39,395 nucleotides of DNA from assembly GCA_045837725.1 (NCBI GenBank), contig JBEWZL010000171.1, positions 1 through 39,395 on the forward strand, read 5' to 3'. A program made the position numbers and the translations under genes. The notes beneath the pieces were generated by a model, which worked only from the letters and a program-made list of their open reading frames with translations, searched no databases and had not been told where the DNA came from. Shown here one piece after another: positions 13,501 through 27,903 of this stretch. Positions within the stretch are counted from its first letter, which is position 1, and every line of letters starts with the position of its first letter. This stretch comes from Vermamoeba vermiformis (taxonomy: Eukaryota).

Positions 13501-15027
13501 TACCTTCATGTTATATTGACTACTTACTCTATAATAAGGCAAAAAGTTCTCCAACAAGTTGGAAGCACGCAACAAAGTAGAAACTTCTTCAAAGATTGGC
13601 TCGAACATTTGTTTCAGCTCATCAAAGCTGAATCGCTCGGCCAAGTAATTCAGTAAATCAACACTGACGCTGGTGCCGTTGATGTCTGACACCAACATTG
13701 CCACGAATTCTTTAACAACACGTTCACTGAACCACGAAAATTAATGCAAGTTCACTGCTATTAAATAATGAAGTCACTTACGTGGTCCATTGTCCAAAAT
13801 TGTCGGGTAATTGAATCAACAATCCAATGTATGAGCCAATTAACTTGCCCATGAAATCCAAAAACTCCAATTTTTTCGGATCCGTCTAAAGAAAGAATCA
13901 ACAACCGATCCACATTAACAAGAATAGAGCTAACTTACAGCAATTGAATTTCGTCGCTTTTCGTCACAGACAGTGTTGAATGATCGGATCAAGTACTGCA
14001 AAACTGACATTTTGTTGGGCAACTCGTCCATGGTCAAAATAGTCATCAAGATCTGATCCACAATTTCGCGAGGCTGTGCGTCGATAGATCGATCGTCGTA
14101 GTGCATAGACTTGGCCAATGACTCCAAGTAAATGAGTGCTTTGTTTGGCGTCGGTGACAGTGACACTGTCAATATTTGACGCACGGCACTAGGTGCCCAG
14201 TCTTGGAAATTGACTGGTGCTCTACGTTGCATGGATTAGTATGAATTAACAATAGCCGTCGACACCCTTTTATGTGGGTAATAGCCAAAACCATTCTGAT
14301 AATTTTGACGAAAAGAATTAGCAATTAATTCTTACCTTGGAGGCGATGTTCCGAGGTTTGAGTTTGACGGCGGTGTGGTTCCAGGGGCTGGAGTTCGCTG
14401 CATAGAGTTAGTGCCCGATGGTGTGCTCGGAGAGAAGCCAAGAGGAGATTGTGGAGTCAACGGCCATTGGCCAGGCGAGTTCTTGGGCTCCACATCCATC
14501 GCGTCTCGTCTGCCTCCAATACTAATTGGGGCACTACGAGTATTACTTGGGGTTAAATTCTGCGGATGCGTTAAGAGCTGCGGAGTGTTGCTAGTAGGTG
14601 TTGTAGGGCTGTTTGGATTGTTAGCCTGAGCGAACGGATTTGACGGTGCAGCCGAAGGAGATGAAGCTAATAACGACGCAGCCAGAGCATTCGATGGCTT
14701 AGTGGGAGTTACGACCGTGGTAGTTGTCGTGGATGGTAATTGAATTGTAGGTGGTGATGACGAAATTGTCGTAGGAGATGTAGTCATGGTATTGAATCTG
14801 CCTAAACGACGTCTGCGCAATTCTTCTGCGTCAGGTGTAACTGGTGCCTCGACTTGTGGAGTCGGTTGTGGTGTTTGTTCGGGCGCAGTTGGCGTGGATT
14901 CGCCTTGGTCGATCTTCATAGGCTCAGCGGGCTTGTCTTGCGAATCATTATCCGTCTCCATTTTATCATTTTTCTGATCATCGTTGTCGTCATTTTTGTC
15001 GCGAGGACGAAGAGTGATGCTCGCCAT
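10565..15027 (-). CDS. UFD2: Ubiquitin conjugation factor E4 (Ufd2 core + C-terminal U-box)
   Basis: Family motifs include [59 protein letters not shown] and [21 protein letters not shown]. The U-box reads [50 protein letters not shown]. The N-terminus is long and S/P/T-rich as in UBE4B. Confidence 0.97.
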
Positions 15028-15618
15028 CTGAATTTGCAATTCGAAAATAATTAGTAAACTATTTTGAAAAATTCCAATGACGAGTAATAGTAAGCATATT
15101 AATAAAATTCATTATTACTAATTATAAATAAGCCAAGAAATAATAATTTGGAATATTCTTTTCGAAAACAAGAATAATTTACTGAATTTACCTTTGTTAA
15201 TACGAAACCACAATATTAAATAGATGAGAATATGGTGGTTGTCCAAATCTTTCAATGTTCTGAAAGGGTTGGTTATGGTTTCCGTTCAATTTGCATAAAA
15301 AAGTCTTGTGACGGGGTAAATTCAAATTTCATTCAGTTTGCACGAGATCTACTGGAGTTCCATTCCATGTGCTTGTCGATCTAAGTAAGTGTACCAATCA
15401 TTGACGGTAGCAATCAAGATAGTATCGCCATGTATTCCAAGTCTGGTAAGTCGCGAAGGTAGATCAGGCTGATAAAAACAATGACGCAGGGATTGCCAAT
15501 GAAAATAAGTTATTTAATTACATGGTGTTCGAAGCTAGTCACATATTCTACGCCGCGCTAGTCTCCAAACGATTAAAAAGTTCGCAAAAAGTTTTCTTTG
15601 GATCCGCAACTTTTCGTC

Positions 15619-17143
15619 TTAAGAGGAAGAGACAGACGAGCCAGAGCTAGACTCAGACTCCTTCTTTTCTTCAGTAGACTCTGAGGACGAAGACGAAGCA
15701 GAAGATGAGCGAGATCGGCCAGAGACGGAGCTGCTGGCAGAGTGTTCTTTAGCGTCCTTAACAGCGGGTGTGACAACGGCAGCAGGGACGGCAGGCTTAG
15801 CGGGAGCAGGAGACTCGGAAGTAGAGCTCGAGTCAGAGCTAGCACTCGATGAAGAGGACTTGCTGGACTCTTTCTTCTCTTTAGGAACAACGGCAGCACC
15901 GGTCATCAAGTTCTCCTTGTCACCTTCTTTAGTAACGACGTGAGGCTTGTCTACTGACTTGCGAGGAGCAGGATCTGAGTACCATATCGTTAGTATTACG
16001 ATATTATTGGGTATGACGTTACAAGAAAATTATTATAACCGAAAGTACTCGATCCGTCGATTATTCGTCAAAATTGCTGAATTAGGCAAATTATAATATC
16101 GTAATAAGATAATGTGACCTTCTTTTGGCACACACAATCCATCGCAAAGCTTCGAAAAATTAACGTACCTGAAGGAGGTTGTTGATCAGCAGCGCGCAAG
16201 GGTTGCATTTCCATCTTTCTCTCGCTCTTAGCAGCCTCTCTGTTCTTGCGTTTCTGTCTGTTCTTCTTGTTCTTAGAAGCGACGACGCTAATAACAATGA
16301 TGAAAACCAAGATAACGAATCCGATAATGACGAAAGTTGCGATCATGTAAGGACCGACAACAGGGACTTCGCAAACGCCTTCAGAATTGCAAGTGAATGC
16401 ATTGCTTCTGAACAACATGAGGCAGTCTGAGAAATAAATTGTTAATTAATTTGCTGTGCAATTTCCACTGCATTGCATCCCGCGTAAAAATAAGTTATTA
16501 CGACTATTGTTACGGCTCACGAGCGATCGGTATTGATATTATATAATATTAGATAACTTATGAGCTTAATTGTACAACTTTAGACCACGTCATTTTGTCA
16601 AATCCGCTCCGTCAAAAGAAATTGATTTCAATAAAGTCAGAAAATATCATTATTCGCCGGACTTTCTCGGATAATCTTGTACTATGTGTATTATGCAAAT
16701 TTATATTTAAAATTATTAATGGTGGTACCGTGATTCTTACCAAAATCTGAGGCGCATCCTCCGCAGTGTCCGTCAGAATAGCAGAAAGGAGAAGCACCAG
16801 CAGTACGGTTATAGCATTCACCAGTAACGTTGGCGCATTCATAGCAGCCAACGAGGTCGCCAGTATTCAAACAGATGGGTCGGTTTGGATCGAAATCGCA
16901 CTGAGTTCCCTCCGTGCAAGCGACGCAAGCGCCGCTAGTGGTGTCGCAAACTGGAGTAGCGTAGTAACGGGCATCACAGGCAGAGGCACTTCCGTTAGTG
17001 CAAGCAGAGCAAACGCCACCAATACAAAGAGGCAGATTTGGGTTTGTACAATCAGAAAGTTGGTTGGCTTCTGTGCAAGTTTGAGCAATAGCTTGTCCAC
17101 ATAAGAGAACAAGCACTGCAGAAATATAAATAATAGTTTTCAT
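15619..17143 (-). CDS. Type I membrane protein: signal peptide, Cys-rich tandem repeats, one TM helix, Lys/Ser-rich cytosolic tail
   Basis: Signal MKTIIYISAVLVLLCGQAIA is followed by about 4 repeats of the form C..C....P.C....C..C. The TM segment YMIATFVIIGFVILVFIIVISVVA is followed by SKNKKNRQKRK. The last exon is a poly-Ser tail ending at 15619. Confidence 0.8.
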
Positions 17144-17675
17144 GACTCGATCTGAATCTTGTTATTTACGCCTGGGTGAATATGTCCCCAGAGCCTACGA
17201 TATCAATTCTAAATAATATATATATACAAAGAATGCACGACGGTGTGTTGTCGCGTGTTCAAAATGTTTTGGATAAATGGCTTGTGTGCGCTCCGTAATA
17301 ATTTATACTTACGGAGAATCATTGTTACCATTGCGCCGGCGGTAAATTCATTGTTCCTTCAGGTTTCGCCGAGAGTGATATCATTGAATCTAACTGTTTC
17401 GAGAAGTTACGTTACGACGATAAGGTGGTGTTTGAGGATATCCTGGGAATTCCGAGCTTCCGTCAAAACGCCGGCTAGCAGAACGGAGCACAAGCACATC
17501 CGTCCTCCATCAATTGCACAGGGCACAAATATTTTTAAAACGATTTTTTCTTTATTCTTCCGTGATATAATAGGGCCACAAGACCGGCCTTGTAACGGTC
17601 ACCTGCAATTTGATTTTTTTTTCATTTTATTTAAATTTATTCTAATCAACACCAACACGCACGAGCCTGATACAA

Positions 17676-19968
17676 ATGACCAGCGCTAGGTTAGTGGATG
17701 ACGTTCTGTGGGACATTTTTGATTATGTGACGGATGACGAGACAATCCAAAATCTTTCTTATTGTTCAAAGGTAATACAATTACTAATTACAATTTATAA
17801 TATTAAATTAGCTATTATGGTCCTAGCATATGCGGTGACTATAAATTAAATATTTTGAATTCTGAAATTTAGTTTTGACGCTGTAAAATCAAGGATTATT
17901 TAGAGAAGGTGCAAGCGTACTTCCGTGGTAGATATTTAGCGACCTCGCGCAAATGCACCGCGTGCGACAAACTCGTGAAGCTCGATCAGATAAACACCAG
18001 CTGCGACTTCCACGCAGGACCGTCGAAAAAGTACGTATTAACCGTTAAGATTCGAATTTAAAATTGACTTATTATAGTTGGATGTCTTTTTATGACGACC
18101 CATCGGATGGTTGGCGTTTCACGGGTTACTCCGCCTTTACTTGTTGTGGAAGCTCAAATGGTAAGACCTGCTTATAACATCCCGATTCTGCACTAACAAA
18201 GAAGACAGCGGGGTGCACTCACAACTCATCGCATACATTTGATAAAGCAAAGTGCAAGAACTGTGGCACGTTGTTTTCGGTCGGAAACAAGAAGGGCAAA
18301 AACATCTGTCGCTACCATCCAGGCACAGGTATGTTACGAAAGTATTCGACGACAACAGCATCTAATACGGCCAATTGATCAGACACGTTCTACGGCGATC
18401 ACATGGCTGCCTACTCGTGCTGCAAGAACACGGACTTCAGATCGCCTGGCTGCACAGTCGTAGTACGTATTACGCCTATTCTTACGATGTTTCTAAGTCA
18501 CATGTAGGATGCACACGAGCCTGTTACTATGCCCGGTGTTATTGATCGCGTGGGTAGTATCTTTTGGTCAAGATCTGGTCGCAAGTGTGCCATGTCCTCA
18601 CAGGTCGGCACGTTGGTGTTCCAATACAATCCTTCGTTCAATCGCTGGACACACACGCACTTGCTGCAGAGCCGTCCTGGCGTGGGATTAGACAAGGCTT
18701 ATGGTCTGCTCGAGCACCCACTTCAAGAGGCCTTTTCTCCTAATGGCCTCTATCTGTTGGTCGAAAAGTCGGGTGGATTCCGTTCGTCCAATCACTACGT
18801 CTTCGATCTCGCCAACAAGAAGTATATTGGCCCGTTCTGCACTAGTGGCATTGCGCTCGGATGGACCTGGACGAGTGACAGCAAGTACGTGGTTATGCTC
18901 ATGAAGTACCAAGAAGATCACGGGCCGTTTGCTTTGCACACATTCGACGTGCAGAGTGGCGCAGAATTGCCAAAACGAACCTTCACGCCATCGACCAGCT
19001 CGTTCGATTCAAGTGTTCTTCGAGAGGCGTACTTCGTCCCTGCCCCAAGCGAGCCGAGTACAGTCAGCTGCCGTCATCCTGATCTGCAGGACTTTGCTGC
19101 GCGGTGGCTGGGACGTGACTCGTACGTGTTCTTCGAACCATACGGCGACAGATTCTTGATGGTGTCTTCGTGGGGTAACATGTCGCTCTATCAGTTCAAC
19201 GTCTCGGGCAAAAGCACTGTTGTGAAGCATTTGAAGTATAAGTCGAGCTTCATTCCCAAAGGTTGCTCACCGCCGATCAGAACACTTCAATGGAGCAAAG
19301 ATGGTATTCTAATATTTGCCGAGCGAAATCCTCGAGGTACGACAAGTCTTGACGCAAGCACTTCATTGATTAATTATATTATTTAAGGACGTGCATGTGA
19401 GCCGCAGTTCTATTTCGACATTTACACGGTGGGCAATGACTTGACGCATAAATGCGTGGCGCTGGACGCGAGTATCTGTCCGTCAGATAGTGGCGACGTG
19501 AGTTTGTTTAGATACGATCCTGATCGTAATATCTATTATTACGCACAAGCCAGCGTACTGCGGGTTTTGGATGCGAAAACGTGCACCGAGATCTGGAGCA
19601 CGCCACTTCCGCAAGGAATTCCGACATGGCATACCGAGGTGCAGTTTAATGTCAAGAGTAGAATACTGCAGAGCATATCTAACGGCATCATGTTGCGTGT
19701 TCCTGAGACTAGACCTGAACAGCCACTCGAAGAAGAATGTTTTTGGACCCAGTTCTTCAACAGCGCCAAGTGCTTTGTTGAAAAGTAAACGAATCGACCA
19801 ATGGTCATTTTTTTGTTAGCTAATAACATGGAGCGACTACTCGTGTGGATTAACAACCGCAGGAACTATTGAACCAAGATCTTCTCCTGGGTGGCAAAAG
19901 GACGTAAGTTTATAGCGAACGAATCATCTATTTCTTATCTTTACTAGCAGGTTTTCATCAAAGTTTAA
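17676..19968 (+). CDS. F-box protein 4: F-box, two CHORD-like Cys/His Zn modules, beta-propeller
   Basis: The F-box reads MTSARLVDDVLWDIFDYVTDDETIQNLSYCSK. The Zn modules are CTAC..N..CDFHAG...CC...GC....H and CKNC..N...CRYHPG...SCC...PGC....H. Propeller blades include FSPNGLYL, WTSDSKYV and WSKDGIL. The stop is either 19788 or, with two further short exons, 19968. Confidence 0.75.
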
Positions 19969-20412
19969 GCCGCTTTGTGCCCTGGTATCCAGGTACTTAA
20001 TCCTAAACTAAATGATTTTTTGTGTTCGAAATTGCCATTCGGTTAATAATATTCAAAATCGTTAAAGCTGCGATATTGTTACCATAAATCTATAATTTTA
20101 GAAAAAGGAATTGATATCGAAACCGGATCCAGTTAGGCACCGTGTTTTCTGCTGAAATTTCCTATTACTGTATTTTCTTGCGTCGAATTATTATTGAAGC
20201 CTGGTACCTTTGCTTAAATATCGCGGAGAACGCTGCTTGATATACCATTGCATTCCATTATTCCCCTACTAATTAGGGAGTTGCCGTCGAAGAAATACTG
20301 AGTAACTCCTCGTTATTTATTGCAAGTACTTTAATAGAGTACAACATTAGGAGGTTAATTTATCTCTCCAGTAAGGCTAGTAGTTTGTTAATGTTGTTTT
20401 GATCACAACAAA

Positions 20413-23400
20413 ATGACGAACAGATCTGCAGCCCTTTGCCTGCTTCTTAGCTTAGTTCTACCGAGTAAGTTAGACCTTCATTAATAAACTTAGTACCCCT
20501 ACTGACAATCTTTAGGTATACTTTGTTTAAATGAAGTGCTGAATCCGTTAATTTCTGCGGTCCAACCAGCACCTGCTTGTGCAGCTCGCACAGCCTCGGG
20601 CAACTGCAATATAGCTAACTATCCCGCTAATTATCCGTGTCCATGTTATGCCAGTGATGGTCCAGGTGGTGCCGTCACTGGTACTGGTAAACCCGCTCAA
20701 GCGAATCCGGATGTCAACCTGTTTGTTGACGAGCTCGTCGTTGGAGGCCTTGGAAACCCTGTGTCGGTGGCTTTCACCGATAATACGCGAAAGGCATTCA
20801 TAGGCAACAAGGACGGTCAGATCTACTGGTTCGACTTGCAAAGCAAGGAAAGACGTCTTTGGATCGACCTTTCAGACGAGGTTCAAAATGCAGGAAAGTA
20901 ATAAATAATCATTTAGTTACTTGATACTTATTTTCTGTTTAGGCGACAAAGGACTTATTGGATTAACTACGGCTCCAAACTTCGCTGCGAATCCATATGT
21001 TTTCGCTACTTACGTTGTGGATCCGATCTATGGTCCACCTGATGAACCTCCTACTCAGCCAACTTATCAAAGGTTGATAAGACTAACAGGTACTTAAATA
21101 GCTACCATGCTTTCTTAGCATTGCTAAGGAACTTAATTCAATAGACAACAACGGCGCTACTAACATCAATACGCGAATAATTTTGATGGGAAATACCGCT
21201 GCTGACTCAATTCCTTTGTGCTCATCGACGCACATGATTGGTCAAGTTAGATTCGGTAGAGACGGATCTCTTATTGTCTCGGCAGGTGACGGAGGTCGCT
21301 GGGAATTTCCAGGTAAGAATAAATGACCTCCTTAAATAGCACTTCTAATGTTCGAATTACTGTCGTAGATTTCGGTCAAAATAACTTTGCCGATGATCAC
21401 CTTTGCGAAGATCTATTTGGTGCTCGTAACGACATTGGAAACTTTAGATCTCAGGCTCGCTGGACAGGTATAACCATACTAATAATAATTGAATGTCATC
21501 TAATTGTTCTTGCTTAGGTGCCGGCAAAATTTTAAGGATCGATCCGAACACTGGCCAAGCTATTTGCCCTGGAGTAGGAAATTACGCAGTAATGAATCCA
21601 TTCTGCACTGGCAATCCCAATGACTGGCAGTCGAAGATTTGGGCTGAGGGCGTGCGCAATCCTTGGCGATTGAATATTCGCCCTTTGCTTCCTGGCGAAC
21701 AAGATGACGGCGGTCCAGGCACAATTTATTTCAGCGAAGTCGGAGACAGTAAGTCAGTTATCATTACAGTAAAGTATACTTAAATCGATTTTAGATGGAT
21801 TTGAAGAAGTCAATGTCGTTAAAAGTGGCGGTCAAAACTATGGTTGGCCGTGCTGGGAAGGCCCGTTACCTCAAGCACTGATCAAGGGCTATCCACTCGC
21901 TGATGACCCCAATTCAAATCCTAATCGCGTCGACCCCAAGTTGAACTGTCACTACGTCTATCAAAACATACAAACGACAACGCCGTTCTTTACGTACTCC
22001 CGTTGGGGTCCTGGAACAGGTGCCTACGGCGAAATGCACTATTTAGGCCAAGGATTTCTCGGAAATGCCGCAGCAGGCGTTGTGCACTACACAGGCCAGC
22101 TCTATCCTCCGCAGTATCGCTACTCAGTCTGGATCGCTGACTTTGCTCAACGATGGATTAAAGTGATCGAAAAGACCCCACAAGATACTTACGTCTCCAT
22201 TAAGAACTTCTACGACTTTGCCAACCCAATCTTGTCCATCGAAACTGAACCGATCGACGGCAACATCGTCTACTTGAATTTTGCTGCTGGTGAACTTCAT
22301 ATGATTAAATACGCACCGAACAATGTGCCGCCAGCAATGAAGGTAAGATTTAAAGTTAAAACGTAAAATGATATTAATATTATCGTAGATTACGGCTAGT
22401 CGAACTGCTGGAGCAACTCCTTTAACGGTGCAATTCTCGTGCGATGGTTCCGTAGACCGCGACAATGATCGAATGGAGATCTGGTGGGACTTTGGCGATG
22501 GCACTAAAAGCTACTACCCCAATCCGATAAAGACGTACAATAATCCCGGTGTCTACACTGTCACTTTGTACGGCCGTGCAACTGGTGCAGTTGGTACAGC
22601 GACGATGGTAATTAATGCCAATAATAGCCCGCCCAGCCCTCGCATCACGGCACCTGTAGCAGTGAACGACATTTACATGTTCGATTACAAAGAGACGTTA
22701 AATTTCAAGGCGGCTATTACTGGAGGCACGGCGCCATACACGTACAAATGGGTCGTCAATCTCGTTCACTTGAATCGTAAGTCACGTGACTAACCGAATC
22801 ATTTTTTTCTAATTGCCTTATTTAGACATCCACCCTGACCAATTCATCTCGAACGATCCTTCACCAACAGTATCTGTCGCGGCTATTGGAGGTGACTCTC
22901 ACCCGATTGGTACACGGTAAGCATTCATCCGAATCGAATGCGCAGTTGCACTTTATTAAATGTGGCCTCTAGTGTCAATTTCTGGCTGGTTTTGACCGTG
23001 ACCGATGCAAATGGTCTGGTGGGCACGGACAACATCTTCTTAAGTCCCAACGACCCCCAGCCCAATGCGCCGCCAGTGCCTAGTATCACCGTGTCCGGCA
23101 CTAGTATTCGTGATGTTGGTCAACCTATTTCATTCAGCGCACAAAACACCAACGACCCGAACTTGGACTACGTATTGTACTCGTGGGACTTTGGCGATGG
23201 AATGAAGGCCTCGTGGGGCTTGATCGAGAACCCAGTGCTGACCACGCACACTTACTCCTCGCCCGGCACGTACACTGTCACTGTGATTGCTCGCGACAAC
23301 TTCGGTGCCACGGGAAGTACGTCTCAAATCTACTCCTCGGAGTTATCGGAGTTTTAGCTAATGTTTGTTCTTCAGCCGCCACCGCCAGTGTGACGATATC

Positions 23401-25797
23401 AGGCGTAGCAATTCCACCGCCCAACACGAACCCACCTCCACCTAACCCTAATCCACCTCCCCCAAACAATCCTCCGACCCCAACGCCTCCACCAGCTGAT
23501 GTGACCTTTGATTTGCCAGCTCGTGTTAATCTGAAAGACTTCCGCCACGGCGCCAACAACGTGGTGTATTATGACACCACGCCTGAAAACATTCCAAAAC
23601 AGTACCGCCCGAATGACGCAGTTGACATCGAAGTTTGCGACGATATTTCAGGCGACTATTCGATTGGTTATATTGAGCCTGGCGAGTGGATGACCTACAA
23701 CATCAACGCACAGACCGCTACGAGCTACGTCGTTCAAGTTCGATACGCCTATCCTGACAACATGCCCACCACGGCCACACGAACAGTGACGCTGTTCTTA
23801 GATGACAGCAAAACACCTCTTGCGACCTTGACTGTTCCATCGACTGGCGGATGGACACATTGGGTCACTAGCCCTGGTGTGACGTCGCTTAATATTCCTG
23901 CCGGCAAGCACGTGCTAAAAGTACAGTTTGAAAGTGGTTGGTGGCGCGTGAACTGGATTTCATTGGGCTCAACTTCGGGAAATCCACCACCTCCAACGAT
24001 CACCCCACCTCCTCCTACGACTTCGCAATTCATCACGAACTTGCCTGGCACATTGCAAGCCGAGGATTACATGCCCGGTGATCAGAATCAAGCCTACTAC
24101 GATACTACAAGCGAGAACTTAGGCGGCAGTAATTATCGTCCTGGCACATCAGTTGACATTCAGACCACTGGCTCAATCACGTTTTTGTCTTACCTCGAGC
24201 CCAGTAAGTCATGAAACATGATATCTTACTTGTTTGTAGTCTAATGTCTCGCAGGTGAGTGGCTGAAGTACTCCGTCAATGTTGGCTCAACAGCGTACTA
24301 CAACATTGCTGTTCGTTATGCGTATCCGCCAGGCACGTCAGTACAAGAAGACCGACAAATCAGATTGTTCTTGGACGACAGCAGCACACCACTGGCAACA
24401 CTGACAATGCCTCCGACGTACTCATGGGACTCGTGGGGTCTATCCACTGTCGTTCAAACCTCGTCCCCAATCAGCGCTGGCCGTCACACGATCACATTGC
24501 ATATCGATCACAGTTACTGGCGACTGGATTCGTTAGACTTTTCGGTCGTCGCTGGAGCTAACACAGTGACTGAGATCATGACTGACATTCAGCACTACAT
24601 ATTAGACGATGTATTCATTAAGAGCAACGCGCAGGACCGCACGTTCAATCAATACAGCAGTATGTTAGTATCGAACTATAACAACGAAGAGACTATTGGA
24701 TTGGTGAAAATCAACACAAACGGCATTGGCGATTACGTCGTGTCGACCAAGTTGACTTGGAAAGTGAGAGAGGTTAGAGGACCGGCGGAAATTTCAATTT
24801 TCAAGCTTGACAATACAAACTGGGACGAAGATTCAGCGACGTGGAATAAAATTAGACCGAGCATCAACGACTCCGCAGAGGTCTTGGCAACAGTTGTAAT
24901 CGATCAGCCAGGGCAATATGAATTTGACATCACGTCGTCAGTTCAAATCGCACAAGTGGAGTCGCAATCAACACTGTCATTTTATTTGAGAGCTGCGCCG
25001 AGTACATCAGACAATCGCGTCGTGTTTGCCACCAAAGAGTCACAAGCATCGATAATTCGTCCTGCCCTCGCCGTTGTCTCCGCCCCTAAGCCCGTGTCAA
25101 TCACAGCCAATGCAGCGTTCTACGTGCGTGAAGGCCCAGATAATTTGCCCGTCAGTGAGCACTCTGTTGTCGTAGAAAGTACGCAAGGTGCTCTTAGCGC
25201 AGCGCAGGTCACTTTCAACATCTTCAACTTGCGACCAGTGAGCACCTATCGACTGCGCATGTTTGGAGACTTTGTGGGTGTCGGCTGCATGACAATCAAG
25301 TGCTTGGCTGCCACGGTTGATGACGTCTTGACGTACAATCAGTGGACCAACACCACTGTGTTGAGGAACTATACTTACGATTATGAATTGTCCAACATCA
25401 CTGTAAGCACTCTTATACATGCAAGACTTTATGAACTAACTCACTTGCCTTTCAGATTTGCAATTCTCAGCCTAAGTGGTACGAATGGGACGTCTCTTAT
25501 CACGTGCGTGAACTGCTCGTCAAAGATGCGTTGAGCGCCACTTTCAAACTCGTGGCAGTTACAGAAGAATCCACGGGACATAGTTACCAAGCACCTAAAC
25601 GTGTAGTATTCCGCGGTGTTGCGCAAGACGGTTACGATCCTAAACTGGAACTTGATGTCGCTGAGACGAGCTACGTTCTTCGCGATGAATTTGATACGCA
25701 GACCTACAACTCGCTCAACTTGGACGACTTGCTTTCTTCGGCAAGTGTATTGCTTGGTAATGCATTATTAGCGCTGGTATTAGTATTATTTATGTAA
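20413..25797 (+). CDS. Secreted, probably GPI-anchored multidomain protein: glucose/sorbosone (PQQ-type sugar) dehydrogenase propeller + 2 PKD + 2 CBM6-like + DNRLRE/CBM96-like domains
   Basis: Signal MTNRSAALCLLLSLVLP. GSDH motifs are H.IGQVRFGRDGSLIVSAGDG, GKILRIDP, IWAEGVRNPWR and EEVNVV..GQNYGWPCWEG. Two WDFGDG PKD motifs, CBM6-like IGYIEPGEWMTYNI and YLEPSEWLKYSV, and DNRLRE-like WDEDSATWN...FATKES..RPAL are present, with Pro-rich linkers and a hydrophobic C-end SSASVLLGNALLALVLVLFM*. Confidence 0.9.
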
Positions 25798-25826
25798 ATA
25801 AAGCATTTCCATTTTGCTATCGTTTT

Positions 25827-27686
<1,860 letters not shown>

Positions 27687-27903
27687 AGTTGTGGTATTGC
27701 TCTGCTGGATAGTTCGAGTTTGCAATTTATACGAATAGTTTGCGAGTTGCGGAGCGGAAACGGAGAAATATTTTACCAAATTAGGCAAAAACCGGATGTC
27801 CGTATGCGGCATCCTCACCCTTCTAGATCACTGAGAATGTTTCCAAAATTAGAAATCTTCCAGAATAAACAACTTTACTCTAAACGCAAGCTGCTTTGAG
27901 AAG

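Noticed and set aside
17243-17689. 148-aa plus-strand ORF
   Set aside because: It has a GTG start, no recognisable motifs, and lies in the divergent promoter region. The real gene starts at 17676.
23415-24020. CCA/CCT-rich repeats as an array
   Set aside because: They encode Pro-rich linkers of the GSDH protein. I saw no repeat-spacer (CRISPR-like) array anywhere in the window.
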